A DNA stretch of 17,455 nt from an uncultured bacterium. GTDB taxonomy: Bacteria; Methylomirabilota; Methylomirabilia; Rokubacteriales; CSP1-6. The stretch covers positions 1 to 17,455 of the forward strand of contig CAZWXA010000032.1 in the NCBI GenBank assembly GCA_964637755.1, read 5' to 3'. Below the pieces are notes generated by a model, which saw only the letters and a list, made by a program, of their open reading frames with translations, was not told the origin of the DNA and did no database searches. The translations under genes and the position numbers were made by a program. Positions 1 through 7,856 of the stretch are shown piece by piece. Numbering within the stretch: the first letter of the stretch is position 1; each line of letters opens with the position of its first letter.

Positions 1-1070
1 CGCGCCAGCACCTCCTCGTTCAGCGTGACGCCGAGGCCCGGCCCGGTCGGCACGGCGACGACGCCGTCGCGGGCGCGGATCGGCTCGGTCAGGAGCGGCG
101 CCTCCAATTCGCCTGTCGGGAACTCCAGCCAGAGGCAGCCGGGGCTCGACGCGATCAGGTGGAGCGTCGCTGCGAGGCCGGGGCCGAAGTAGAAGGAGTG
201 CGGGGCGATCGAGAGGTTGGCCGCGGCGGCGAGGGTGCAGATCTTCTTGAACTGGAGGAGGCCGCCCACCTTGGTCATGCTCGGCTGGAGGATGTCGACC
301 GCGCGAAGGGCGATGATGTCGGCGAACCCCTGCGCGAGCCCCTCGTTCTCCCCGGCCGCCACCGGGGTCTCGAGCGCCGCGCTCACCTCGGCGAGGCCGC
401 GGTAGTCCTCGGGGGGCCACACGGGCTCCTCGAACCAGGCCAGGTTGTAGGGCTCGAAGGCGCGCCCCATGCGGATCGCCTCGCGCGGCGTCCACGGGCA
501 GTTGACGTCGAGCATGATGTCCACCGCCGGGCCCACCGCCTCGCGAGCCACGCGCACCGACTCCACGTCGATCTGGTGGAGCTTGAGGGCGCCGAAGCCG
601 GCGCCGGCGTACTGCCGGCAGGCGGCGGCAACGTCCCCCGGAGTCGTGTAGCGCATGAGACTCGCGTAGGCGCGGATGCCCGACACGCAGCGGCCGCCGA
701 GCAGATCGTGGACCGGGACGTTGCGGGCCTTGCCGGCGAGGTCCCAGAGCGCGATCTCGACGCCGCTCAGCGCGTGGATGGCCAGGCCGCGCCGGCCCCA
801 GAGGAAGATCGCCCGCTCCATCTTGTCGACGAGTCGCTCGATCTCGGTCGGATTCTCGCCGAGGAGGAGCGGCACGAGGCTCTCCTCGACCACGCTCACC
901 ACCGCCAGCGGGGCGCCGTACGCGAAGCACTCCCCGATGCCGACCAGGCCCTCGTCGGTCATGATCTTCACGATGATCTGCTTGGGGATGCCGTCCACCC
1001 AGGGCGAGCGCGGGTGCATGGGCCGGACGGGAACGGCCAGCGGGTAGGCCTTGACACCGGTGATCTTCAT
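1..1070 (-). CDS. Mandelate racemase/muconate-lactonizing enzyme family (enolase superfamily) protein. The start codon is at 1068..1070 and the gene runs off the window start, so the C-terminus is missing.
   Basis: Reverse-complement translation from ATG(1070) reads MKITGVKAYPLAVPVRPMHPRSPWVDGIPKQIIVKIMTDEGLVGIGECFAYG...ALKLHQIDVE...DVNCPWT...WFEEPV...AAGENEGL...DILQPSMTKVGG. These are the characteristic MR/MLE N-terminal capping domain and the KxK/D/E/D metal-ligand TIM-barrel motifs. It is absent from the ORF track because it has no in-window stop. Confidence 0.85.
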   Translation of the reverse strand, partial: MKITGVKAYPLAVPVRPMHPRSPWVDGIPKQIIVKIMTDEGLVGIGECFAYGAPLAVVSVVEESLVPLLLGENPTEIERLVDKMERAIFLWGRRGLAIHALSGVEIALWDLAGKARNVPVHDLLGGRCVSGIRAYASLMRYTTPGDVAAACRQYAGAGFGALKLHQIDVESVRVAREAVGPAVDIMLDVNCPWTPREAIRMGRAFEPYNLAWFEEPVWPPEDYRGLAEVSAALETPVAAGENEGLAQGFADIIALRAVDILQPSMTKVGGLLQFKKICTLAAAANLSIAPHSFYFGPGLAATLHLIASSPGCLWLEFPTGELEAPLLTEPIRARDGVVAVPTGPGLGVTLNEEVLA

Positions 1071-1397
1071 GCTCGAACTACTCCTTTCGGACGGACGCAG
1101 TGCCCCGATCTGACGAGTCTCCGCGCGCCGCTCGCCCGGCTGTTCGGCCAGCGCTCCGGTCGCGCGGGTGCCCGCACTCTAGCCGCTCGGCCCGGCGTGG
1201 TCAACGCCGATCACGCCGGGGTCGGCGCCGGGGCGCGCCATGCCGCGCTCGGAAGCGATGGTCCCGGAGGCCCGGGTGCACCTCGCGGCGATCGTTCCCA
1301 CCGGTTCCTCAGACCGGAACGCCCGGCGTTGACGACCGGTTGTACACTTGCGGGTGGCATCAGGCCGATCCCAACCCTAACCCGCACGAGGTCTCGC

Positions 1398-2360
1398 ATG
1401 CACAGACGCCTGCTCGCCGCACTCGTCCTTGTCGCCGCGCTCGCCGGGCCGCTCGCGAATGCCCACGCCGCGCTCCGCATCTTCGTGACGAACGAGAAGT
1501 CCGATGACGTCACCGTGATCGACGCCGCGACCGGCGTCGTGGCGAAGACGATCCCGGTCGGCAAGCGGCCGCGCGGCATCACCGTCAGCCCCGACCGCAG
1601 GCACGTGTACGTCTCCAACAGCAACTCGGACAGCGTGTCGGTCATCGACGCGGTGACGCTCGAGGTCGTCAAGACCGCGCCCGCCGGCCTCGACCCGGAA
1701 GGCCTGACCACGACCAAGGATGGCAAGGTCCTCTACGTCGTGAACGAGAACGAGCTGGCGGTGACGATGCTCGAGCTGCCGTCTCTCGGCATCCTGGGCA
1801 AGATCGAGATCGGCACCGAGCCCGAGACCGCGGTCCTCTCCCCGGACGGCAAGTGGGTCGCCGTGTCCCACGAGACCTCGAACGACATCTACGTGATCGA
1901 CACGGCGACGCGCCAGGTGGTCACGAAGATCCCGGTGCCGAAGAACCCGCGCGGGATGCGCTTCACGCCCGACTCCCGGCGCCTGTTCGTCGCGAGCGAG
2001 GGGGCGGACCAGGTCTCCCTCATCGACGTGGCGGGGTGGACGGTGGTGAAGTCGGTCGCCACGGGGGGCGAGCGCCCGGTCGACATCTCCATCTCCGCCG
2101 ATGGGTCGCGAGCGTACGTCTCGCACGGCAAGACCGGCGACATCCGCGTGCTCGACACCCGGTCGCTCGCCGTGCTCGCCACGATTCCCGTGGGGCCGCG
2201 GGCCTGGTGGACGGCGCTGACCCCGGACGGCGCCCTCCTCTACGTGACGGTCGGCCGCGCGAACGAGGTGGTCGCCGTGGATACCCGGTCGAACGCGGTG
2301 GCCCGCCGCATCAAGGCGGGCACGCTCCCCTGGGGGATCGCGATCGTCGACGCCCCCTGA
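1398..2360 (+). CDS. Secreted beta-propeller protein built from YVTN-family repeats (7-bladed lactonase-like propeller fold).
   Basis: The ATG at 1398 is followed by a signal peptide (MHRRLLAALVLVAALAGPLANAHA). Repeated ~40-aa units follow of the type RxxYVxNxxSDxVSVIDxxTxxVVKTIPVGxxPxGI (RIFVTNEKSDDVTVID, HVYVSNSNSDSVSVID, VLYVVNENELAV, DIYVIDTATRQVV, RLFVASEGADQVSLID, RAYVSHGKTGDIRVLD, LLYVTVGRANEVVAVD). The 5' part of ORF 159..2360 is an antisense shadow of the MR/MLE gene. Confidence 0.85.
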   Translation: MHRRLLAALVLVAALAGPLANAHAALRIFVTNEKSDDVTVIDAATGVVAKTIPVGKRPRGITVSPDRRHVYVSNSNSDSVSVIDAVTLEVVKTAPAGLDPEGLTTTKDGKVLYVVNENELAVTMLELPSLGILGKIEIGTEPETAVLSPDGKWVAVSHETSNDIYVIDTATRQVVTKIPVPKNPRGMRFTPDSRRLFVASEGADQVSLIDVAGWTVVKSVATGGERPVDISISADGSRAYVSHGKTGDIRVLDTRSLAVLATIPVGPRAWWTALTPDGALLYVTVGRANEVVAVDTRSNAVARRIKAGTLPWGIAIVDAP

Positions 2361-2547
2361 GCGGGGAGCCGTAGGCCCCTCCCGCGAGGCTCGGGACGAC
2401 CTCCTTGCGCCCGGGTCCGCGCGCGCCCTGATCGCTCGGTTCTTCCGGGCAGCGGGACGGGCCGGGGTGTGCCGCGCTTGATCCTGTGCTGACGCCGGAT
2501 ACCTGCTACTATCCGGTCGTTCCAACGCTTCATTCCGGGGTGCACAA

Positions 2548-3468
2548 GTGCAGATTTCGTCTGGCCAGGCGCGCGGCGCCCGGCGCGCGGTGCTCGTCGT
2601 CCTCGGGATGCTCGTTGCCGGCGTCGCGTGGCTCAGCTTCTTCGCGGTCGAGACCGGCGAGATCGTGGTCGTCACCCAGTTCGGCGATCCCGTCCGGGTG
2701 GTGAGGACGCCCGGGCTCCACGTCAAGTACCCGTCTCCCCTCCAGAGCGTGTCGCGGTTCGACGGCCGGCTCTTCGCCCTCGTCCCGCCCTCCAGCGAGT
2801 TCCTCACTCTCGGCAAGCGGAACGTCATCGCGGCCGGCTTCATCCTCTGGCGCATCGCCGACGCGAAGCGGTTCATGCAGACGGTGTTCGACCGGACCGG
2901 CGCGGAGTCGCGGCTCGGCGACATCCTGTTCGCCGAGCTGGGCGCCGCGCTGGGCCAGGCGCCGCTGTCCGCCTTCGTCTCCGCGGTCCCCGGCGAGTAC
3001 CGGGCCGAGCAGATTCTCGCCGCCGTGACCCGGCAGTACCGGCAGACCGCCCTGCGCGATTACGGGATCGACGTCGTCGACGTCCGCCTTCGCCGGCTCG
3101 ACTTTCCCGAGCAGAACCGGCTCAGCGTGTTCGCCCGGATGAAGTCCGAGCGGGGCCGGGTCAGCATGAAGTACCGGTCCGAGGGCGAGGAGGAGGGCCT
3201 CAAGATCCGCGCGGCCGCCGAGAAGACGAAGAGCGGGATCCTCGGCGAGGCGTACAAGCTGTCGCAGAAGTCCCGCGGCGAGGGCGAGGCCCGGGCGGCC
3301 AGGATCTACGCGGAGAGCCTCGACCGGGCCCCGGCCTTCTACAGGTTCGTGCGCTCGACCGAGGCGGTGAAGAAGGCGGTGGACAAGGAGACGACGCTCG
3401 TGCTGCCCGTCGACTCCGAGCTGTTCGGGCTGCTCTCCGACAGCCGGTTCCGGTTCCCGGAGCCGTGA
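2548..3468 (+). CDS. HflC-like SPFH/band-7 membrane protein (paralog 1).
   Basis: GTG start with GGGGTG about 7 nt upstream, then an N-terminal TM helix (AVLVVLGMLVAGVAWLSFFAV). The C-terminal region FARMKSERGRVSMKYRSEGEEEG...ARIYAESLDRAPAFYRFVRSTEAVKK...LVLPVDSELF matches HflC (E. coli RMRAERE..HRSQGQEE..GEGDAEA..FYAFIRSLRAY...) and the second HflC at 6957. Confidence 0.8.
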   Translation: MQISSGQARGARRAVLVVLGMLVAGVAWLSFFAVETGEIVVVTQFGDPVRVVRTPGLHVKYPSPLQSVSRFDGRLFALVPPSSEFLTLGKRNVIAAGFILWRIADAKRFMQTVFDRTGAESRLGDILFAELGAALGQAPLSAFVSAVPGEYRAEQILAAVTRQYRQTALRDYGIDVVDVRLRRLDFPEQNRLSVFARMKSERGRVSMKYRSEGEEEGLKIRAAAEKTKSGILGEAYKLSQKSRGEGEARAARIYAESLDRAPAFYRFVRSTEAVKKAVDKETTLVLPVDSELFGLLSDSRFRFPEP

Positions 3469-3554
3469 GCCGGGTCGGCCGCAGCGGAGGGGGGTGAGAC
3501 CGGAAGGGCGCGCAGGACAAGGAGTAGACAACGACGTCCACTCTCACGATTCGC

Positions 3555-3560
3555 AAGGAG
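3555..3560 (+). promoter_or_regulatory. Shine-Dalgarno AAGGAG for the formamidase-family gene.
   Basis: AAGGAG lies 8 nt upstream of ATG 3569. Confidence 0.7.
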
Positions 3561-3568
3561 CCGCTGGC

Positions 3569-4603
3569 ATGTTCGACACTCGCATCCTGAAGCTCGTGAC
3601 CTTGGCGCTCGGAGCGCCGGTGCTGTTCGTGCTGCTGCTGGCCCTCCCGGCCGCGGCCGCGACCATCAGATACACCCCGCAGACGGTCTATTACACATAC
3701 TGCTTCTCGCATCCGCCCGCGGCCCGGATCGCGTCCGGCGACACGGTGATCACCAACACCCGCGACGCCTCGAACGATGCCTTCAAGCCGACGGACAAGA
3801 CGGTGGCGGCCGGCAACCTGGACCTCTCCCGGGTGAACCCGCAGACCGGTCCCTTCTACGTCGAGGGCGCCGAGCCCGGCGACACGCTGAAGGTCCACAT
3901 CGACAAGATCGGCTTCAACCGCAGCTGGGGCTGGGGCGGGGCCCTTCCGTACTTCGGGGCGCTCGCGCCCGAGTACAAGACCATGATGGTCACGCCGCCC
4001 GTGCAGGACACGCTCTTCGTTTGGCAGCTCGACGCGGCGCGCAAGATCGGCACCCTGAACATGCCGAAGAGCAAGATCGGCAAGGTCGAGATCCCGCTCC
4101 GTCCGTTCTTCGGGACGATCGGCACGGCGCCGTACGGCAAGGAGTGCATCAGCTCGCTGGTGCCGGGGACGCACGGCGCGAACATGGACTTCAACGAGGT
4201 GGTCGAGGGCGTCACGATGTACTTCCCCGTCTTCGAGAGGGGCGCGCTCTTCATGCTTGGCGACGGCCACGCGGCCCAGGGCGACGGCGAGATCATGGGC
4301 GCCGCCGTCGAGACGTCGTTCGACGTGACGTTCACCGTCGAGGTGATCAAGGGCAAGAAGATCGGCTGGCCGCGACTCGAGAACGACCGCTACATCATGT
4401 CGATCGGCAGCACCCGCCCGCTGATGGACGCGCTCAGGCTCGCCTGCTCCGACCTGATCAACTGGCTCGCCACCGACTACGGCTACGACAAGATAGACGC
4501 CTACCAGCTCCTCGGCCAGCAGGCCATGCTGAAGGTCGCCAACGTCGTCGACCCGCAGTACTCGGTGGCGTGCGCCATCGACAAGAAGTACCTGCCCAGG
4601 TAA
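3569..4603 (+). CDS. Acetamidase/formamidase (FmdA_AmdA) family protein with an N-terminal signal peptide or membrane anchor.
   Basis: MFDTRILKLVTLALGAPVLFVLLLALPAAAA is followed by GPFYVEGAEPGDTLKVHI, GTHGANMDF, LFMLGDGHAAQGDGEI and QYSVACAIDKKY. These are conserved blocks of the FmdA/AmdA fold. A strong RBS precedes the start and the stop is TAA at 4601. Confidence 0.8.
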   Translation: MFDTRILKLVTLALGAPVLFVLLLALPAAAATIRYTPQTVYYTYCFSHPPAARIASGDTVITNTRDASNDAFKPTDKTVAAGNLDLSRVNPQTGPFYVEGAEPGDTLKVHIDKIGFNRSWGWGGALPYFGALAPEYKTMMVTPPVQDTLFVWQLDAARKIGTLNMPKSKIGKVEIPLRPFFGTIGTAPYGKECISSLVPGTHGANMDFNEVVEGVTMYFPVFERGALFMLGDGHAAQGDGEIMGAAVETSFDVTFTVEVIKGKKIGWPRLENDRYIMSIGSTRPLMDALRLACSDLINWLATDYGYDKIDAYQLLGQQAMLKVANVVDPQYSVACAIDKKYLPR

Positions 4604-4701
4604 GGTGAACCGGGCAGCACCTTCGCGGTACCGGGGATCGGTCGCGACGCGGCCGGTCCCCGGCCTCGCTCCCGCCGGCCTGCGAACCGCCGAGGGCCGG
4701 C

Positions 4702-6960
4702 GTGACTGATTTCCTCTTCCAGGTCGCCTGGGAAGCCTGGTTCGTCCTCCGTGAAGCCTCCTTCTTCCTGCTCCTCGGCTTCGTCCTCGCCGGTGTGCTC
4801 GCCGTCCTCGTCCCGTCGGGGCTGCTCACCCGCTTCCTCGGCCGGGGCAAGATCAGGTCCGTCCTCTGGGCCTCGGCCATCGGCACGCCGCTCCCCCTCT
4901 GCTCCTGTGGCGTGCTGCCCACGGCCCTCGCTCTCTCGCGCCAGGGCGCCACCAAGGGGGCCACGGTCTCGTTCCTCATCTCGACGCCGGAGACCGGAAT
5001 CGACTCGATCGCGCTGAGCTACGCGCTCATGGACCCGATCATCACGGTGTTCCGCCCTGTCGCGGCCTTCGTGACCGCCGTCGTCGCGGGCATCGCCACG
5101 AACTTCCTGGGCCCGAAGGAGCCGCCCCCCCCGAGTGCTCCACCCGGAGAAGCAGAGACCTTGCCCCACCCTGGAGACTCGCTGCCCGGGCGAGAACCTG
5201 ACGCCCAGGGGGAGTCGACCGGAACCGACGCGCCGGGAGGCGAGGGGACGGAGCGGGCGGGACGTGATCCCGAGGGGCCGGGACACTCGCACGCGGGATC
5301 TCACGTCCCCCACCTGCCGGTGGACGAGCGTCCCGGCGGGAGGCTCCTCGATCGGTTCACGCGCGTCTTCGGGTACGCCTTCCGCGAGCTGCTCGACGAG
5401 ATCGCCCACTGGCTGGCCCTCGGTGTCGTCCTGGCGGCCCTCGTGTCGGTCCTCCTTCCCCCGTCCGTCATCGAGCGGTATCTGTCCGGCGGCCTCACCA
5501 CGATGCTGGCGATGCTCGCCATCGGCATCCCGATCTACACCTGCGCGTCGGCATCGACGCCGATCGCGGCCGCGCTCGTCCTGAAAGGCCTGAGCCCCGG
5601 CGCCGCGCTGGTCTTCCTGCTCTCCGGCCCCGCGACGAACGTGGGCGCGATCGTGGTGCTCCTGAAGTTCCTGGGACGCCGCGTCGTTCTGATCTACCTC
5701 GCGTCGATCGCGCTCGTCAGCCTGCTCGCCGGGTATGCGCTCGACTGGGTCTACCGGACCTGGCAGGTGAGCCCGGCCGCGAGCTTCGGGAAGGCCTCCG
5801 GTTTCGTCCCCGAGCAGGTCAAGGTCGCTGCCGGCGTGCTGCTGATCGGACTGCTCCTCGTGAGCTTCTGGCGCGCGCCGATCCCCGGGGAGTGGCTGCG
5901 CGTGCGCGACTGGCTCCACGCGGTGACCGGCGTGCGCCTGACCGCTCGGCGGCTCGCGGCCGCCACCGCCGCCTTCGCCGGCGCGCTCTACCTCGGCAGC
6001 GGGGTGTTCACCGTCGAGCCCGGGGAGGTCGCGCTGCGGACGCGCTTCGGCCGCCTCGTGGGCGCTCCACTCGAGCCCGGGTTCCACCTCCGCCTGCCCT
6101 GGCCCGTCGAGGCGCACCGGGTGCTCCAGCGCGAGCGCATCCGCCGGATCGAGGTCGGGTTCCGGAGCGCGCCGCGGCAGGACAGCGTCGAGCGCGCGTT
6201 TGCCCAGGGGCGACTCACGCTCGCCGGCCCCGGCAACCCGGTGCCGCCCGGCGGGTCGACGGGGTTCTGGTTCCAGAAGGAGAAGGTCTCCGAGGAGTCG
6301 TTCCTGCTCACGGGGGACGAGAACATCCTCGACATCGCGTTCACGGCGCAGTACCAGGTCAAGAACCCGGTCGCCTACGCCTACGGTCTGGCGGATCCCG
6401 ACACGGTCGTGCGGAGCGTGACGGTCGCCGCCCTGCGGGCCGCCGTGGCCACGATGACCGTCGACGTGCTCTACACGAGCGGGCGCGAGGAGGTGGAGCG
6501 GAGGGTCCTGCGGGCGGCGCAGGAGTCCCTCGACGCCTACCAGGCGGGGGTGAGGATGCTCGCCGTCAGCCTGCTCAGCGTGCATGCCCCGGAAGAGGTG
6601 CACGCGGCATTCCGGGACGTGGCGAGCGCGCAGGAAGACAAGATCCTGATCGTCGACCGCGCCACGACGTTCGCGCAGGAAGCCGTCAACCTGGCGGACG
6701 GCGACGCCGCCGCCATGGTCGAATCGGCGCTGGCCTTCAAGGAACAGAAGATCCTGGAGGCCGAGGGCGACGCGTTCGCCTTCAGTCTCCGGGAGAAGGA
6801 ATACCGCCGCGCGCCCGGCGTGACCCGCTTCCGCCTGCAGGTCGAGGCCCTGGAGGAGGTCCTGCCGGCCGCCCAGAAGATCCTGCGACCCGGCCGCGCC
6901 GATCTGAAGGACTTCGACCTCTGGCTGCTCGAGCCGCCGGGGGCGAAGAAGGGCCGGTGA
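4702..6960 (+). CDS. Fusion protein: a two-repeat ArsP/DUF318-type permease (residues ~1-360) joined to an HflK-like SPFH domain (C-terminal ~390 residues).
   Basis: The GTG start is followed by hydrophobic repeat 1 with GTPLPLCSCGVLP (ArsP-like CxC motif). A Pro/Glu/Gly/His-rich loop follows (PPPPSAPPGEAETLPHPGD...GPGHSHAGSHVPH). Repeat 2 carries IPIYTCASASTPIAAAL...LLSGPATNVGAIVV. A TM helix (AATAAFAGALYLGSGVFTV) and an HflK SPFH domain follow (VEPGEVALRTRFGR...FRDVASAQEDKI...EAEGDAFAF...RFRLQVEALEEVL). There is a single uninterrupted frame of 752 codons. Confidence 0.75.
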   Translation: MTDFLFQVAWEAWFVLREASFFLLLGFVLAGVLAVLVPSGLLTRFLGRGKIRSVLWASAIGTPLPLCSCGVLPTALALSRQGATKGATVSFLISTPETGIDSIALSYALMDPIITVFRPVAAFVTAVVAGIATNFLGPKEPPPPSAPPGEAETLPHPGDSLPGREPDAQGESTGTDAPGGEGTERAGRDPEGPGHSHAGSHVPHLPVDERPGGRLLDRFTRVFGYAFRELLDEIAHWLALGVVLAALVSVLLPPSVIERYLSGGLTTMLAMLAIGIPIYTCASASTPIAAALVLKGLSPGAALVFLLSGPATNVGAIVVLLKFLGRRVVLIYLASIALVSLLAGYALDWVYRTWQVSPAASFGKASGFVPEQVKVAAGVLLIGLLLVSFWRAPIPGEWLRVRDWLHAVTGVRLTARRLAAATAAFAGALYLGSGVFTVEPGEVALRTRFGRLVGAPLEPGFHLRLPWPVEAHRVLQRERIRRIEVGFRSAPRQDSVERAFAQGRLTLAGPGNPVPPGGSTGFWFQKEKVSEESFLLTGDENILDIAFTAQYQVKNPVAYAYGLADPDTVVRSVTVAALRAAVATMTVDVLYTSGREEVERRVLRAAQESLDAYQAGVRMLAVSLLSVHAPEEVHAAFRDVASAQEDKILIVDRATTFAQEAVNLADGDAAAMVESALAFKEQKILEAEGDAFAFSLREKEYRRAPGVTRFRLQVEALEEVLPAAQKILRPGRADLKDFDLWLLEPPGAKKGR

Positions 6961-7853
6961 CCCCGCTCCGCCGGACGCTCGCGGTCTCGGTCGCCCTCCT
7001 GCTGGGGCTCGCGCTCTGGTCGTCCTTCATGGTCGTCGACGTGACGGAGTACGCCATCCTCACGCGCCTGGGGAGGGTGGTCCGCGTCGTCAGGGAGCCG
7101 GGCCTCGGCGTCAAGCTCCCGTATCCCCTCGAACGGGTGATCCGCCTGGACCGGCGCCTGCTGACCTTCAAGCCCGGGAGTGCCGAGTACCTGAGCGACG
7201 ACAAGAAGAATCTCGTGATCCACAGCCTCGTGACCTGGCGGATCGCGAACCCGGAGCGGTTTCTCGCGACGGTGGGCGGGCGAGCGGCCGCCCAGGAACG
7301 GGTCGCCGATCTGGTGCTCACGAAGATCGGCGCCGTCGTCGGCAGCCATCCCGCCTCGGCCCTCGTCGGGGTCGATGGGCAGGCCTCGCGGTTCAGCCAG
7401 GTCATGGACCGGATCCTGACGGAGGCTCGCGACAGGGCGCTCGCGGATTACGGCGTCGACCTCGTCGACGTCCGGCTCCGCCAGCTCGGGCTGCCGGAGC
7501 AGAACCGGGCCAACGTCTTCGCGCGCATGCAGGCAGAGCGGGGCAAGATCGCGATGAAGTACCGCTCCGAGGGCGAGCGAGAGTTCAAGAAGGTCGTCGC
7601 CCAGGCCGAGCACGAGAAGACGCGAACCGTGGCGGAGGCGTACCGCGAGGCGGAGCGGGCCAAGGCCGAAGGGGACGCCCAGGCCATGCGGATCTACGCC
7701 GAGGCCTTCGGCAAGAACCCCCAGTTCTACAAGTTCCGGCGCACCCTCCAGGCCTACGAGAAGATCCTCGACGCCAACACCACCGTCTTTCTCCCGGCGG
7801 ACGCGGAAATCTTCCAGATCCTGAACAGCCGGAGATCCGGCGTGGGGAAGTAG
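6957..7853 (+). CDS. hflC: HflC (SPFH/band-7 protease-modulator subunit), paralog 2.
   Basis: The GTG at 6957 overlaps the upstream stop (GTGA), which implies translational coupling. An N-terminal TM helix is present. The translation includes RLGRVVRVVREPGLGVKLPYP...FARMQAERGKIAMKYRSEGEREF...AEGDAQAMRIYAEAFGKNPQFYKFRRTLQAYEKIL...VFLPADAEIF. The upstream part of ORF 5892..7853 is out-of-frame shadow. Confidence 0.85.
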   Translation: MTPLRRTLAVSVALLLGLALWSSFMVVDVTEYAILTRLGRVVRVVREPGLGVKLPYPLERVIRLDRRLLTFKPGSAEYLSDDKKNLVIHSLVTWRIANPERFLATVGGRAAAQERVADLVLTKIGAVVGSHPASALVGVDGQASRFSQVMDRILTEARDRALADYGVDLVDVRLRQLGLPEQNRANVFARMQAERGKIAMKYRSEGEREFKKVVAQAEHEKTRTVAEAYREAERAKAEGDAQAMRIYAEAFGKNPQFYKFRRTLQAYEKILDANTTVFLPADAEIFQILNSRRSGVGK

Positions 7854-7856
7854 GCG

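Noticed and set aside
159-2360. 733-aa + strand ORF.
   Set aside because: Only the 3' part (1398..2360) has a signal peptide and YVTN repeats. The 5' 1.2 kb is an Arg/Gly-rich antisense shadow of the real MR/MLE gene on the minus strand.
2478-2512. TTGATC ... TACTAT as a sigma-70 promoter for the SPFH cluster.
   Set aside because: The spacer is ~23 nt, which is too long for a canonical -35/-10 pair. It is not reported as a feature.
1377-2924. 515-aa minus-strand ORF.
   Set aside because: It is antisense to the YVTN gene and to the start of the HflC-like gene. The composition is Arg/Pro/Gly-rich and typical of GC-rich antisense frames, with no recognisable family motifs.
2530-4270. Minus-strand ORFs 2530..3531 and 3200..4270.
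   Set aside because: They are antisense shadows of the HflC-like and formamidase genes and consist of Arg/Pro-rich nonsense.
4501-6603. 700-aa minus-strand ORF.
   Set aside because: It is antisense to the permease-HflK fusion. It is extremely Arg/Glu/Gly-rich with no domain-like segments.
5892-6956. The 5' ~1 kb of + ORF 5892..7853.
   Set aside because: It is out of frame with the true fusion gene. Only the stretch from GTG 6957 onward shows HflC sequence.
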